From NCBI RefSeq assembly GCF_039654945.1, contig NW_027361683.1, positions 11,842,001 through 11,906,000 on the forward strand: a DNA stretch of 64,000 nucleotides, written 5' to 3'. This DNA comes from Dendrobates tinctorius. Its lineage: Eukaryota. A program made the translations under genes and the position numbers. Positions 12,284 through 24,939 of this stretch are shown here, one piece after another. Positions within the stretch are counted from its first letter, which is position 1. Every line of letters begins with the position of its first letter. Below the pieces are notes generated by a model that worked only from the letters and a program-made list of their open reading frames with translations, was not told the DNA's origin and did not search any database.

Positions 12284-15200
12284 TCCAATCTCCCTTATCC
12301 TCTAGTCACTTTTGTCACAGCTGTGCCATCGAGCCTGTGACATAGCGCTCAGATATCAGTGGGCCTCACACAATCCAAAAGTGTCCAGTGTCCAAAAGTG
12401 TGTGCAGAGATTCAAAATCTCCCTTATCCTCTAGTCACTTTGGTCACAGCTGTGCCATCGAGCCTGTCACATAGCGCTCAGATATTCATTGGGCCTCACA
12501 CAATCCAAAAGTGTCCAGTGTCCAAAAGTGTGTGCAGAGATTCAAAATCTCCCTTATCCTCTAGTCACTTTGGTCACAGCTGTGCCATCGAGCCTGTCAC
12601 ATAGCGCTCAGATATCAGTGGGCCTCACACAATCCAAAAGTGTCCAGTGTCCAAAAGTGTGTGCAGAGATTCAAAATCTCCCTTATCCTCTAGACACTTT
12701 GGTCACAGCTGTGCCATCGAGCCTGTCACATAGCGCTCAGATATTCATTGGGCCTCACACAATCCAAAAGTGTCCAGTGTCCAAAAGTGTGTGCAGAGAT
12801 TCAAAATCTCCCTTATCCTCTAGTCACTTTGGTCACAGCTGTGCCATCGAGCCTGTGACATAGCGCTCAGATATTCATTGGGCCTCACACAATCCAAAAG
12901 TGTCCAGTGTCCAAAAGTGTGTGCAGAGATTCAAAATCTCCCTTATCCTCTAGTCACTTTGGTCACAGCTGTGCCATCGAGCCTGTCACATAGCGCTCAG
13001 ATATTCATTGGGCCTCACACAATCCAAAAGTGTCCAGTGTCCAAAAGTGTGTGCAGAGATTCAAAATCTCCCTTATCCTCTAGTCACTTTGGTCACAGCT
13101 GTGCCATCGAGCCTGTCACATAGCGCTCAGATATTCATTGGGCCTCACACAATCCAAAAGTGTCCAGTGTCCAAAAGTGTGTGCAGAGATTCAAAATGTC
13201 CCTTATCCTCTAGTCACTTTGGTCACAGCTGTGCCATCGAGCCTGTCACATAGCGCTCAGATATTCATTGGGCCTCACACAATCCAAAAGTGTCCAGTGT
13301 CCAAAAGTGTGTGCAGAGATTCAAAATCTCCCTTATCCTGTAGTCACTTTGGTCACAGCTGTGCCATCGAGCCTGTCACATAGCGCTCAGATATCAGTGG
13401 GCCTCACACAATCCAAAAGTGTCCAGTGTCCAAAAGTGTGTGCAGAGATTCAAAATCTCCCTTATCCTCTAGACACTTTGGTCACAGCTGTGCCATCGAG
13501 CCTGTCACATAGCGCTCAGATATTCATTGGGCCTCACACAATCCAAAAGTGTCCAGTGTCCAAAAGTGTGTGCAGAGATTCAAAATCTCCCTTATCCTCT
13601 AGTCACTTTGGTCACAGCTGTGCCATCGAGCCTGTGACATAGCGCTCAGATATTCATTGGGCCTCACACAATCCAAAAGTGTCCAGTGTCCAAAAGTGTG
13701 TGCAGAGATTCAAAATCTCCCTTATTCTCTAGTCACTTTGGTCACAGCTGTGCCATCGAGCCTGTCACATAGCGCTCAGATATCAGTGGGCCTCACACAA
13801 TCCAAAAGTGTCCAGTGTCCAAAAGTGTGTGCAGAGATTCAAAATCTCCCTTATCCTCTAGTCACTTTGGTCACAGCTGTGCCATCGAACCTGTCACATA
13901 GCGCTCAGATATCAGTGGGCCTCACACAATCCAAAAGTGTCCAGTGTCCAAAAGTGTGTGCAGAGATTCAAAATCTCCCTTATCCTCTAGTCACTTTGGT
14001 CACAGCTGTGCCATCGAGCCTGTCACATAGCGCTCAGATATTCATTGGGCCTCACACAATCCAAAAGTGTCCAGTGTCCAAAAGTGTGTGCAGAGATTCA
14101 AAATCTCCCTTATCCTCTAGTCACTTTGGTCACAGCTGTGCCATCGAGCCTGTCACATAGCGCTCAGATATTCATTGGGCCTCACACCATCCAAAAGTGT
14201 CCAGTGTCCAAAAGTGTGTGCAGAGATTCAAAATCTCCCTTATCCTCTAGTCACTTTGGTCACAGCTGTGCCATCGAGCCTGTGACATAGCGCTCAGATA
14301 TCAGTGGGCCTCACACAATCCAAAAGTGTCCAGTGTCCAAAAGTGTGTGCAGAGATTCAAAATCTCCCTTATCCTCTAGTCACTTTGGTCACAGCTGTGC
14401 CATCGAGCCTGTCACATAGCGCTCAGATATCAGTGGGCCTCACACAATCCAAAAGTGTCCAGTGTCCAAAAGTGTGTGCAGAGATTCAAAATCTCCCTTA
14501 TCCTCTAGTCACTATGGTCACAGCTGTGCCATCGAGCCTGTGACATAGCGCTCAGATATCAGTGGGCCTCACACAATCCAAAAGTGTCCAGTGTCCAAAA
14601 GTGTGTGCAGAGATTCAAAATCTCCCTTATACTCTAGTCACTTTGGTCACAGCTGTGCCATCGAGCCTGTCACATAGCGCTCAGATATTCATTGGGCCTC
14701 ACACAATCCAAAAGTGTCAAGTGTCCAAAAGTGTGTGCAGAGATTCAAAATCTCCCTTATCCTCTAGTCACTTTGGTCACAGCTGTGCCATAGAGCCTGT
14801 CACATAGCGCTTAGATATTCATTGGGCCTCACACAATCCAAAAGTGTCCAGTGTCCAAAAGTGTGTGCAGAGATTCAAAATCTCCCTTATCCTCTAGTCA
14901 CTTTGGTCACAGCTGTGCCATCGAGCCTGTGACATAGCGCTCAGATATTCATTGGGCCTCACACAATCCAAAAGTGTCCAGTGTCCAAAAGTGTGTGCAG
15001 AGATTCAAAATCTCCCTTATCCTCTAGTCACTTTGGTCACAGCTGTGCCATCGAGCTTGTGACATAGCGCTCAGATATCAGTGGGCCTCACACAATCCAA
15101 AAGTGTCCAGTGTCCAAAAGTGTGTGCAGAGATTCAAAATCTCCCTTATCCTCTAGTCACTTTGGTCACAGCTGTGCCATCGAGCCTGTCACATAGCGCT

Positions 15201-18200
15201 CAGATATCAGTGGGCCTCACACAATCCAAAAGTGTCCAGTGTCCAAAAGTGTGTGCAGAGATTCAAAATCTCCCTTATCCTCTAGTCACTTTGGTCACAG
15301 CTGTGCCATCGAGCCTGTGACATAGCGCTCAGATATTCATTGGGCCTCACACAATCCAAAAGTGTCCAGTGTCCAAAAGTGTGTGCAGAGATTCAAAATC
15401 TCCCTTATCCTCTAGTCACTTTGGTCACAGCTGTGCCATCGAGCCTGTCACATAGCGCTCAGATATTCATTGGGCCTCACACAATCCAAAAGTGTCCAGT
15501 GTCCAAAAGTGTGTGCAGAGATTCAAAATCTCCCTTATCCTCTAGTCACTTTGGTCACAGCTGTGCCATCGAGCCTGTGACATAGCGCTCAGATATCAGT
15601 GGGCCTCACACAATCCAAAAGTGTCCAGTGTCCAAAAGTATGTGCAGAGATTCAAAATCTCCCTTATCCTCTAGTCACTTAGGTCACAGCTGTGCCATCG
15701 AGCCTGTCACATAGCGCTCACATATCAGTGGGCCTCACACAATCCAAAAGTGTCCAGTGTCCAAAAGTGTGTGCAGAGATTCAAAATCTCCCTTATCCTC
15801 TAGTCACTTTGGTCACAGCTGTGCCATCGAGCCTGTCACATAGCGCTGAGATATTCATTGGGCCTCACACAATCCAAAAGTGTCCAGTGTCCAAAAGTGT
15901 GTGCAGAGATTCAAAATCTCCCTTATCCTCTAGTCACTTTGGTCACAGCTGTGCCATCGAGCCTGTGACATAGCGCTCAGATATCAGTGGGCCTCACACA
16001 ATCCAAAAGTGTCCAGTGTCCAAAAGTGTGTGCAGAGATTCAAAATCTCCCTTATCCTCTAGTCACTTTGGTCACAGCTGTGCCATCGAGCCTGTGACAT
16101 AGCGCTCAGATATCAGTGGGCCTCACACAATCCAAAAGTGTCCAGTGTCCAAAAGTGTGTGCAGAGATTCAAAATCTCCCTTATCCTGTAGTCACTTTGG
16201 TCACAGCTGTGCCATCGAGCCTGTCACATAGCGCTCACATATCAGTGGGCCTCACACAATCCAAAAGTGTCCAGTGTCCAAAAGTGTGTGCAGAGATTCA
16301 AAATCTCCCTTATCCTCTAGTCACTTTGGTCACAGCTGTGGCATCGAGCCTGTCACATAGCGCTCAGATATCAGTGGGCCTCACACAATCCAAAAGTGTC
16401 CAGTGTCCAAAAGTGTGTGCAGAGATTCAAAATCTCCCTTATCCTCTAGTCACTTTGGTCACAGCTGTGCCATCGAGCCTGTCACATAGCGCTTAGATAT
16501 TCATTGGGCCTCACACAATCCAAAAGTGTCAAGTGTCCAAAAGTGTGTGCAGAGATTCAAAATCTCCCTTATCCTCTAGTCACTTTGGTCACAGCTGTGC
16601 CATAGAGCCTGTGACATAGCGCTCAGATATTCATTGGGCCTCACACAATCCAAAAGTGTCCAGTGTCCAAAAGTGTGTGCAGAGATTCAAAATCTCCCTT
16701 ATCCTATAGTCACTTTGGTCACAGCTGTGCCATCGAGCCTGTCACATAGCGCTCAGATATTCATTGGGCCTCACACAATCCAAAAGTGTCCAGTGTCCAA
16801 AAGTGTGTGCAGAGATTCAAAATCTCCCTTATCCTCTAGTCACTTTGGTCACAGCTGTGCCATCGAGCCTGTGACATAGCGCTCAGATATCAGTGGGCTT
16901 CACACAATCCAAAAGTGTCCAGTGTCCAAAAGTGTGTGCAGAGATTCAAAATCTCCCTTATCCTGTAGTCACTTTGGTCACAGCTGTGCCATCGAGCCTG
17001 TCACATAGCGCTCAGATATCAGTGGGCCTCACACAATCCAAAAGTGTCCAGTGTCCAAAAGTGTGTGCAGAGATTCAAAATCTCCCTTATCCTCTAGTCA
17101 CTTTGGTCACAGCTGTGCCATCGAGTCTGTCACATAGCGCTCAGATATTCATTGGGCCTCACACAATCCAAAAGTGTCCAGTGTCCAAAAGTGTGTGCAG
17201 AGATTCAAAATCTCCCTTATCCTCTAGTCACTTTGGTCACAGCTGTGCCATCGAGCCTGTCACATAGAGCTCAGATATTCATTTGGGCCTCACACAATCC
17301 AAAAGTGTCCAGTGTCCAAAAGTGTGTGCAGAGATTCAAAATCTCCCTTATCCTCTAGTCACTTTGGTCACAGCTGTGCCATTGAGCCTGTCACATAGCG
17401 CTCAGATATCAGTGGGCCTCACACAATCCAAAAGTGTCCAGTGTCCAAAAGTGTGTGCAGAGATTCAAAATCTCCTTTATCCTCTAGTCACTTTGGTCAC
17501 AGCTGTGCCATCGAGCCTGTCACATAGCGCTCAGATATTCATTGGGCCTCACACAATCCAAAAGTGTCCAGTGTCCAAAAGTGTGTGCAGAGATTCAAAA
17601 TCTCCCTTATCCTCTAGTCACTTTGGTCACAGCTGTGCCATCGAGCCTGTGACATAGCGCTCAGATATCAGTGGGCCTCACACAATCCAAAAGTGTCCAG
17701 TGTCCAAAAGTGTGTGCAGAGATTCAAAATCTCCCTTATCCTCTAGTCACTTTGGTCACAGCTGTGCCATCGAGCCTGTGACATAGCGCTCAGATATCAG
17801 TGGGCCTCACACAATCCAAAAGTGTCCAGTGTCCAAAAGTGTGTGCAGAGATTCAAAATCTCCCTTATCCTGTAGTCACTTTGGTCACAGCTGTGCCATC
17901 GAGCCTGTCACATAGCGCTCACATATCAGTGGGCCTCACACAATCCAAAAGTGTCCAGTGTCCAAAAGTGTGTGCAGAGATTCAAAATCTCCCTTATCCT
18001 CTAGTCACTTTGGTCACAGCTGTGGCATCGAGCCTGTCACATAGCGCTCAGATATCAGTGGGCCTCACACAATCCAAAAGTGTCCAGTGTCCAAAAGTGT
18101 GTGCAGAGATTCAAAATCTCCCTTATCCTCTAGTCACTTTGGTCACAGCTGTGCCATCGAGCCTGTCACATAGCGCTTAGATATTCATTGGGCCTCACAC

Positions 18201-19945
18201 AATCCAAAAGTGTCAAGTGTCCAAAAGTGTGTGCAGAGATTCAAAATCTCCCTTATCCTCTAGTCACTTTGGTCACAGCTGTGCCATAGAGCCTGTGACA
18301 TAGCGCTCAGATATTCATTGGGCCTCACACAATCCAAAAGTGTCCAGTGTCCAAAAGTGTGTGCAGAGATTCAAAATCTCCCTTATCCTATAGTCACTTT
18401 GGTCACAGCTGTGCCATCGAGCCTGTCACATAGCGCTCAGATATTCATTGGGCCTCACACAATCCAAAAGTGTCCAGTGTCCAAAAGTGTGTGCAGAGAT
18501 TCAAAATCTCCCTTATCCTCTAGTCACTTTGGTCACAGCTGTGCCATCGAGCCTGTGACATAGCGCTCAGATATCAGTGGGCTTCACACAATCCAAAAGT
18601 GTCCAGTGTCCAAAAGTGTGTGCAGAGATTCAAAATCTCCCTTATCCTGTAGTCACTTTGGTCACAGCTGTGCCATCGAGCCTGTCACATAGCGCTCAGA
18701 TATCAGTGGGCCTCACACAATCCAAAAGTGTCCAGTGTCCAAAAGTGTGTGCAGAGATTCAAAATCTCCCTTATCCTCTAGTCACTTTGGTCACAGCTGT
18801 GCCATCGAGTCTGTCACATAGCGCTCAGATATTCATTGGGCCTCACACAATCCAAAAGTGTCCAGTGTCCAAAAGTGTGTGCAGAGATTCAAAATCTCCC
18901 TTATCCTCTAGTCACTTTGGTCACAGCTGTGCCATCGAGCCTGTCACATAGAGCTCAGATATTCATTTGGGCCTCACACAATCCAAAAGTGTCCAGTGTC
19001 CAAAAGTGTGTGCAGAGATTCAAAATCTCCCTTATCCTCTAGTCACTTTGGTCACAGCTGTGCCATTGAGCCTGTCACATAGCGCTCAGATATCAGTGGG
19101 CCTCACACAATCCAAAAGTGTCCAGTGTCCAAAAGTGTGTGCAGAGATTCAAAATCTCCTTTATCCTCTAGTCACTTTGGTCACAGCTGTGCCATCGAGC
19201 CTGTCACATAGCGCTCAGATATTCATTGGGCCTCACACAATCCAAAAGTGTCCAGTGTCCAAAAGTGTGTGCAGAGATTCAAAATCTCCCTTATCCTCTA
19301 GTCACTTTGGTCACAGCTGTGCCATCGTGCCTGTGACATAGCGCTCAGATATCAGTGGGCCTCACACAATCCAAAAGTGTCCAGTGTCCAAAAGTGTGTG
19401 CAGAGATTCAAAATCTCCCTTATCCTCTAGTCACTTTGGTCACAGCTGTGCCATCGAGCCTGTCACATAGCGCTCAGATATCAGTGGGCCTCACACAATC
19501 CAAAAGTATCCAGTGTCCAAAAGTGTGTGCAGAGATTCAAAATCTCCCTTATCCTCTAGTCACTTTGGTCACAGATGTGCCATCGAGCCTGTCACTTTGC
19601 GCTCAGATATTCATTGGGCTTCACACAATCCAAAAGTGTCCAGTGTCCACAAGTGTGTGCAGAGATTCAAAATCTCCCTTATCCTCTAGTCACTTTGGTC
19701 ACAGCTGTGCAATCGAGCTTGTGACATAGCGCTCAGATATCAGTGGGCCTCACACAATCCAAAAGTGTCCAGTGTCCAAAAGTGTGTGCAGAGATTCAAA
19801 ATCTCCCTTATCCTCTAGTCACTTTGGTCACAGCTGTGCCATCGAGCCTGTCACATAGCGCTCAGATATCAGTGGGCCTCACACAATCCAAAAGTGTCCA
19901 GTGTCCACAAGTGTCTGCAGAAATTCAAAATCTCCCCTGTCCTAT
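12284..19945 (+). repeat. Tandem array of 129/130-bp monomers (~59 copies) inside the hAT element
   Basis: Monomer GGGCCTCACACAATCCAAAAGTGTCCAGTGTCCAAAAGTGTGTGCAGAGATTCAAAATCTCCCTTATCCTCTAGTCACTTTGGTCACAGCTGTGCCATCGAGCCTGT(C/G)ACATAGCGCTCAGATAT(CAGT/TCATT). Copies are nearly identical. Confidence 0.98.
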
Positions 19946-20012
19946 AGACACCTTGTACCTTGTTTTACATTACTATATAGTTTGTTGGATTTTGTCTACA
20001 TTTCTACCAAAA

Positions 20013-23000
20013 ATGAGGAAGGCTGGTGGAAGAGGCCGTGGAATTGGGCGGGGGTTGGCAGCTGGTAATGATGGTGTTGGTGGTGGATCTGATGGTAGTG
20101 GCAAGAGCAAAATAGGACCGAATGCAGGAGGTGTTGAGCCTGCGTCATCGTCTGGCTACATAAGGCCTCGAACGCTTAGTTTTCTAGGAGTTGGCAAACC
20201 GCTTTTAAAGCCAGAGCATCAGGAAAAAGTTTTGTCTTACATTGCTGACTCAGCCTCCAGCTCTATCGCCTCCTCTTCTTCAGTTGTAAAAAGTAAAAGC
20301 ACTGAGTCGTCATTGGAGGCTCATGTTCATGAACCACACCTTTCCTTGTGTCCTTCACCCCAACCAAGATTGAAGGATGACGCAGGCCATACTACTGATT
20401 ACTCCATGGAGCTGTTTTCACATACCATGCCTGGATTATCAAGTCAAATGGTGAATTACCCAGGCCAAGATGAATCTGACATGGAGTGCACTGATGCACA
20501 GCCGCTGATGGATGATTCTGCTGGTACATTCACTCAGAGCACTACATTGTCCTCGCAGTGTACAGAGCCAGATTCTGACCCTGATGAGACTCAGGTGCCC
20601 CTTCCCGCACACTATACCACCATACAAGGTGACACAGAGGAAGGTGCACATGACATAGAAGAGGAGGTGATGGATGACCCAGTTGTTGACCCAGATTGGC
20701 ATCCATTGGGGGAAGAGGGTGCTGCTTCCAATAGCTCAGATGAGGAGCATCCACAGCAGACATCGACATCGCAACAGCTGTTATCTGGCAGGCCCGGAGC
20801 ACTCCAAAGACAGGTTCCAAACATCAAAAGAGTTGCTGGACAGCTTGTCCAGAGGGTCAAAAGATCACAGCGTGCTAGGCCGCAAAATGTCTGCCAAAGT
20901 AGGAAGAGTGCAGTGTGGCACTTTTTTGAACAAAATCCTCATGATCAGGCCAAGGTTATCTGTAAGAAGTGCGCAAAGACCTTTAGCCGAGGGAAAAATC
21001 TGAAAAATTTGAATACCAGTTGCATGCTTAGACATTTAACCAGCATGCACTTGCAAGCGTGAACACAACACCAAACCTCAAGTGCCACATGTGCAACTGA
21101 TCACAACGAAGGTAGTCAGCAACGCTACATTGTTTCCCCCACTGTAAGCCCACCGGTTAGCACAGCAGCAAATGTTGAGGTGTCGTTGCAAGGCCACTGC
21201 AGTCAGGGAATCCCACTGTTATATCAACGAAAGACTGATTCTAGGCCATCAGAAAGAACACCAACTCCATCACCATCATCAACCCTCTCTCAGTCCGCCC
21301 TGTCCACCGCTACTTCCACCATATGCAGCTCTCAAGTCCAGCTCACCCTCCCAGACACTATGAGTAGGTCAAGAAAGTACTCAGTCTCTCATCCGCGTAC
21401 ACTGGGTTTGAACGCCCACATTGCCAAACTAATCTTGTTTGACATGATGCCCTTTCGGTTGGTGGAAAGCACAGCTTTCCGCAAACTCATGGCCTATGCA
21501 GTACCACGCTATGACCTACCCAGTCGCCACTTCTTCTCTCGCAAAGCCATCCCAGCCCTCCACCATCATGTGAAAGACCGCATTGTCCATGCACTCAAGC
21601 AGTCAGTGAGCGGAAAGGTGCACCTCACAACTGATGCATGGTCCAGTCGGCATGGCCAGGGCCGTTACGTGTCCATCACTGCGCACTGGGTTAATGTGGT
21701 GGATGCAGGGTCCACAGGGGACAGCGGTGGTGGGACAGTGCTGCCTAGCCCACGGTATAGGAAACAGTTGGCTGTAGGCGTTCGACCCTCCTCCTCCTCC
21801 AGAAGCGAAAGCTCGTCCACAGAGCGCAGTCGTACGAGCACTCCATCTGCAGCTGCCACTGTTGCACACGATGTGTCCCCCTATCGAGCAGCTAGTGGAA
21901 AGCGTCAGCAGGCTGTGTTGCAGATGATGTGTTTGGGCAACAGACACACCGCCGAGGTGCTGGCCGAGTACTTGAAGCGACAAACTGAGTCATGGCTGGG
22001 CAGTGTACATCTTGAGGCAGGCAAGGTAGTTAGTGATAACGGCCATAATTTTGTGGCAGCCATAGCCCTTTCAAAACTCAGCCACATACCTTGCTTGGCT
22101 CACACCTTGAACCTGGTGGTGCAGTGCTTCCTCAAAAATTATCCGGAGTTAACAGCCCTGCTCCAGAAGGTGCGAAGACTGTGCGCGCACATCCGCCGGT
22201 CGCCTGTACACTCCGTTCGTATGCAGAAGCTGCAGCGATTGCTCCACCTTCCCAACCACCGCCTCATTATCGACATTGCAACAAGGTGGAACTCCACCCT
22301 GCACATGGTGGAGCGGCTGTGCGAGCAGAGGCAGGCCATAATGCATTTGTGGGAGGATACACGGCCAGGCACTTTGAGAGCAGACATGGAGTTGACAGGT
22401 GTGCAGTGGTCGAAGCTGAAAGACCTCTGTAAAGTCCTTCAGTGTTTTGAGGAATGCACACGGCTGGTAAGCGCAGACGACGCCATCCTAAGCATGAGCA
22501 TCCCACTTATGCGTCTGCTCATGCAAACTTTGACGCACCTTAAGGAGCAGGCGTCTGCAGCCAATGTTGATGAGGAGGAAGAGGAGGAGGGAATCCTTGA
22601 TGACATTCAGCCATTGTCTGCTCAGGGACCTCTCCTGGACGAGGTGGAGGAAGAAGAGGAGGAGGAGGAGGATGATGGGGATGATTACTTAGGGGAGGAA
22701 GATGCATCTCGTGGGGCAAGTGAAAATTTTGGCGTGGCAAGGTCTGGTACAGGGTTTGTGCGTGACTGGAGGGATGTGGATTTGCCAGAAAGTGCTCCTC
22801 CACCCAGCACTCGCAGTGCATCATTGACACCGGGAACATTGGCCCACATGTCAGATTATGCCTTGCAGATCCTAAAAAGGGACCCCCGCATTGCCAAAAT
22901 GATGAACGATGACGACTACTGGTTGGCCAGCATCCTGGATCCACGCTATAAAGGCAAATTACAAAACATCATGCCACAGGAGAACCTTGACCTAATATTG

Positions 23001-23546
23001 GCTAATAAACAAGCAACTCTGGTAAATCGGTTGCTTGAGGCATTCCCAGCACACAGCAGCGGTGATGCTTCTCACACGAGCCGTATGGGCCGGGGGCAAC
23101 TTGGCAGAGGTGTTCGTGGTGCACACAGCAGAAGTGGCGTTGGAGACAGGGGTTTCATGACAATGTTGTGGACTGATTTTTCAAATACCGCTCACACAAC
23201 TGGTAATACTGCATCGATGGAAAGTGACAGGAGACAGCAGTTGTCAACTATGGTTACAAACTACTTTTCCTCCCATATCGATGTTCTCCCACACAGGTCA
23301 TTCCCCTTTGACTATTGGGCCGCTAAACTGGACACCTGGCCTGAATTGGCCCAATATGCCTTACAGGAGCTCGCTTGCCCAGCTGCAAGTGTGCTATCGG
23401 AAAGAGTCTTCAGTGCAGCTGGATCAATCCTGACAGAAAAAAGGACCCGTCTGTCAACCCAAAATGTGGATGATCTAACCTTCATTAAAATGAACCATGC
23501 ATGGGTTTCCAAGGATTTTGTCCCACCTTCCCCTGATGACACATAG
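20013..23546 (+). pseudogene. hAT transposase (BED finger, DDE core, dimerization domain), ~1177 codons with one in-frame TGA at 21060-21062
   Basis: ORFs 19743-21062 and 21180-23546 are in the same frame. BED finger SAVWHFF...CKKC...MLRHLTSMH. Core motifs LTTDAW, VSDNG, CLAHTLNL, TRWNST, LDPRYK, CPAASVLSERVFSAAG. Confidence 0.93.
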
Positions 23547-23968
23547 GGTGACAGAAAAATGGCTTGCTTTGGTCCACCTCTTCCTGGGACTTCACCTATT
23601 TCGCCTTTTGCATCAGCTGAATGTCCAACATCAACATATGCCACTTTCTAAAACTCCCTAACTGTGCTGCCTCCCCCCCCATGGCCGGGGTCACCACCTA
23701 GCGCACGACACCGTGCGAGTGCCGTTGCCCTGGACAGGTGGGTAGGCTGACTCTTGGGCGCGGGCACTGGCACAGGTTCCCTCATAGTGCAATCAAGTGT
23801 CTCTGATGGTGGTGGTGCACACCCGCCGTCAGACACACCGCTGTACTATGAGGGGCCCAGTGCCAGTACCGACGCCCACGAGTGGGCCCCCCTTGCTTGG
23901 GCAGGTCCCCAGCATTTGCAATCTTTACCTCTCCCTGCTCCTCCGCTGTGTAATCTGGGCCGTCAAAT

Positions 23969-24357
23969 CCATACTGTGCCTGACACCGTCTGAGCCTGCC
24001 TCCTGATGTTTAGACATATATTTTGAATGTGTACGCTATCCATACATGTTATCTGGGGATACGGTACCCTTTCTAACCTTTGTGCAATCACGTGCAATCC
24101 ATACTGGGCCTAACACCGTCTGAGCCTGCCTCCTGAGACATATATTTTGAATGTGTACGCTATCCATACATGTTATCTGGGGATACGGTACCCTTTCTAA
24201 CATTTGTGCATTCACTTGCAATCCATACTGGGCCTAACACCGTCTGAGCCTGCCTCCTGAGACATATATTTTGAATGTGTACGCTATCCATACATGTTAT
24301 CCGGGGATACGGTACCCTTTCTCACCTTTGTGCAATCACGTGTAATCCATACTGGGC
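23969..24357 (+). repeat. Three ~120-130-bp tandem repeats 3' of the transposase
   Basis: Repeated CCATACTGGGCCTAACACCGTCTGAGCCTGCCTCCTGA...GGGGATACGGTACCCTTTCT...TTTGTGCAATCACGTG. Confidence 0.9.
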
Positions 24358-24466
24358 GTGAGAACGGCTGGCGAGCTGTTAAGCAAGCTACAGCACCTGT
24401 GGTTTGCACACGTAAGTTTTTCATTTTTTCAGGAATGACGGTTAGGCCTAATTCCAGAACTGCGGT

Positions 24467-24939
24467 TGACCTGCACTTACTGGGAAATCATTGTTCGCAG
24501 GTAATAATTGTAATCAGTGATCCCCATCACTAACGTTGTTCAGCGGGTTATCTGCACCTGTAAGCGACAAACGCTGGCCTTTTCAGTGTAGCGCACATGC
24601 AGCCACGGACATGTAAGGGCATGACACACCAGTTATTGGCCAATCTCATGTGCCAGAGCCTCACGTGTCCCTCTAGTAAGCCGGACTCGGACCGCGGGGC
24701 ATGACGGAGTCTCGTTCGTTAACGGAATTAAGCTTGCAATGTGTGCATCTGTTCTGTAGCTGGCATGGTTGAGGTTTCCCAGGTGGAGTCGAATTTAACC
24801 GTAGGCTCCACTCCTGGTGGTGCCCTTCTGGACATTCCTTTAAGGTTCAGTTTTGCAACCATACTGCCCACGTAAAACAAACACTTTGCCTTCATGAACG
24901 CTGTTTGGAGGGTCATGACTCGTGGGAATAACGCCGCCC
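24467..24939 (-). pseudogene. Degenerate 18S rRNA-derived fragment (roughly nt 1100-1660 of vertebrate 18S, with internal deletions)
   Basis: The + strand reads as the reverse complement of 18S, in collinear blocks: CACTTACTGGGAA; GATCCCCATCAC; CAGTGTAGCGC..TGCAGCC.CGGACAT.TAAGGGCAT; GAGTCTCGTTCGTTA.CGGAATTAA; GGCTCCACTCCTGGTGGTGCCCTTC; TTGCAACCATACT; GGGAATAACGCCGCC. Confidence 0.9.

Noticed and set aside
12284-19945. CRISPR-like array, or a repeat-protein gene (many GLTQSKSVQCPKVCAEIQ ORFs)
   Set aside because: There are no unique spacers. The ORFs start at GTG/TTG, and the 130-bp units shift the frame at random. The open frame follows from the 129-bp (43-codon) unit length.
19743-20012. 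N-terminal extension of the transposase into the array
   Set aside because: It starts at a GTG within the repeat. The first ATG (20013, AAAATGA context) is the plausible start.
20013-23546. Domesticated host ZBED gene
   Set aside because: It lies between intact TIRs with a TSD and has a nonsense codon, so it is a transposon copy.
24467-24939. Functional rRNA gene or rDNA locus
   Set aside because: Partial, internally deleted, mutated in universally conserved positions, and without ITS/5.8S/28S context.
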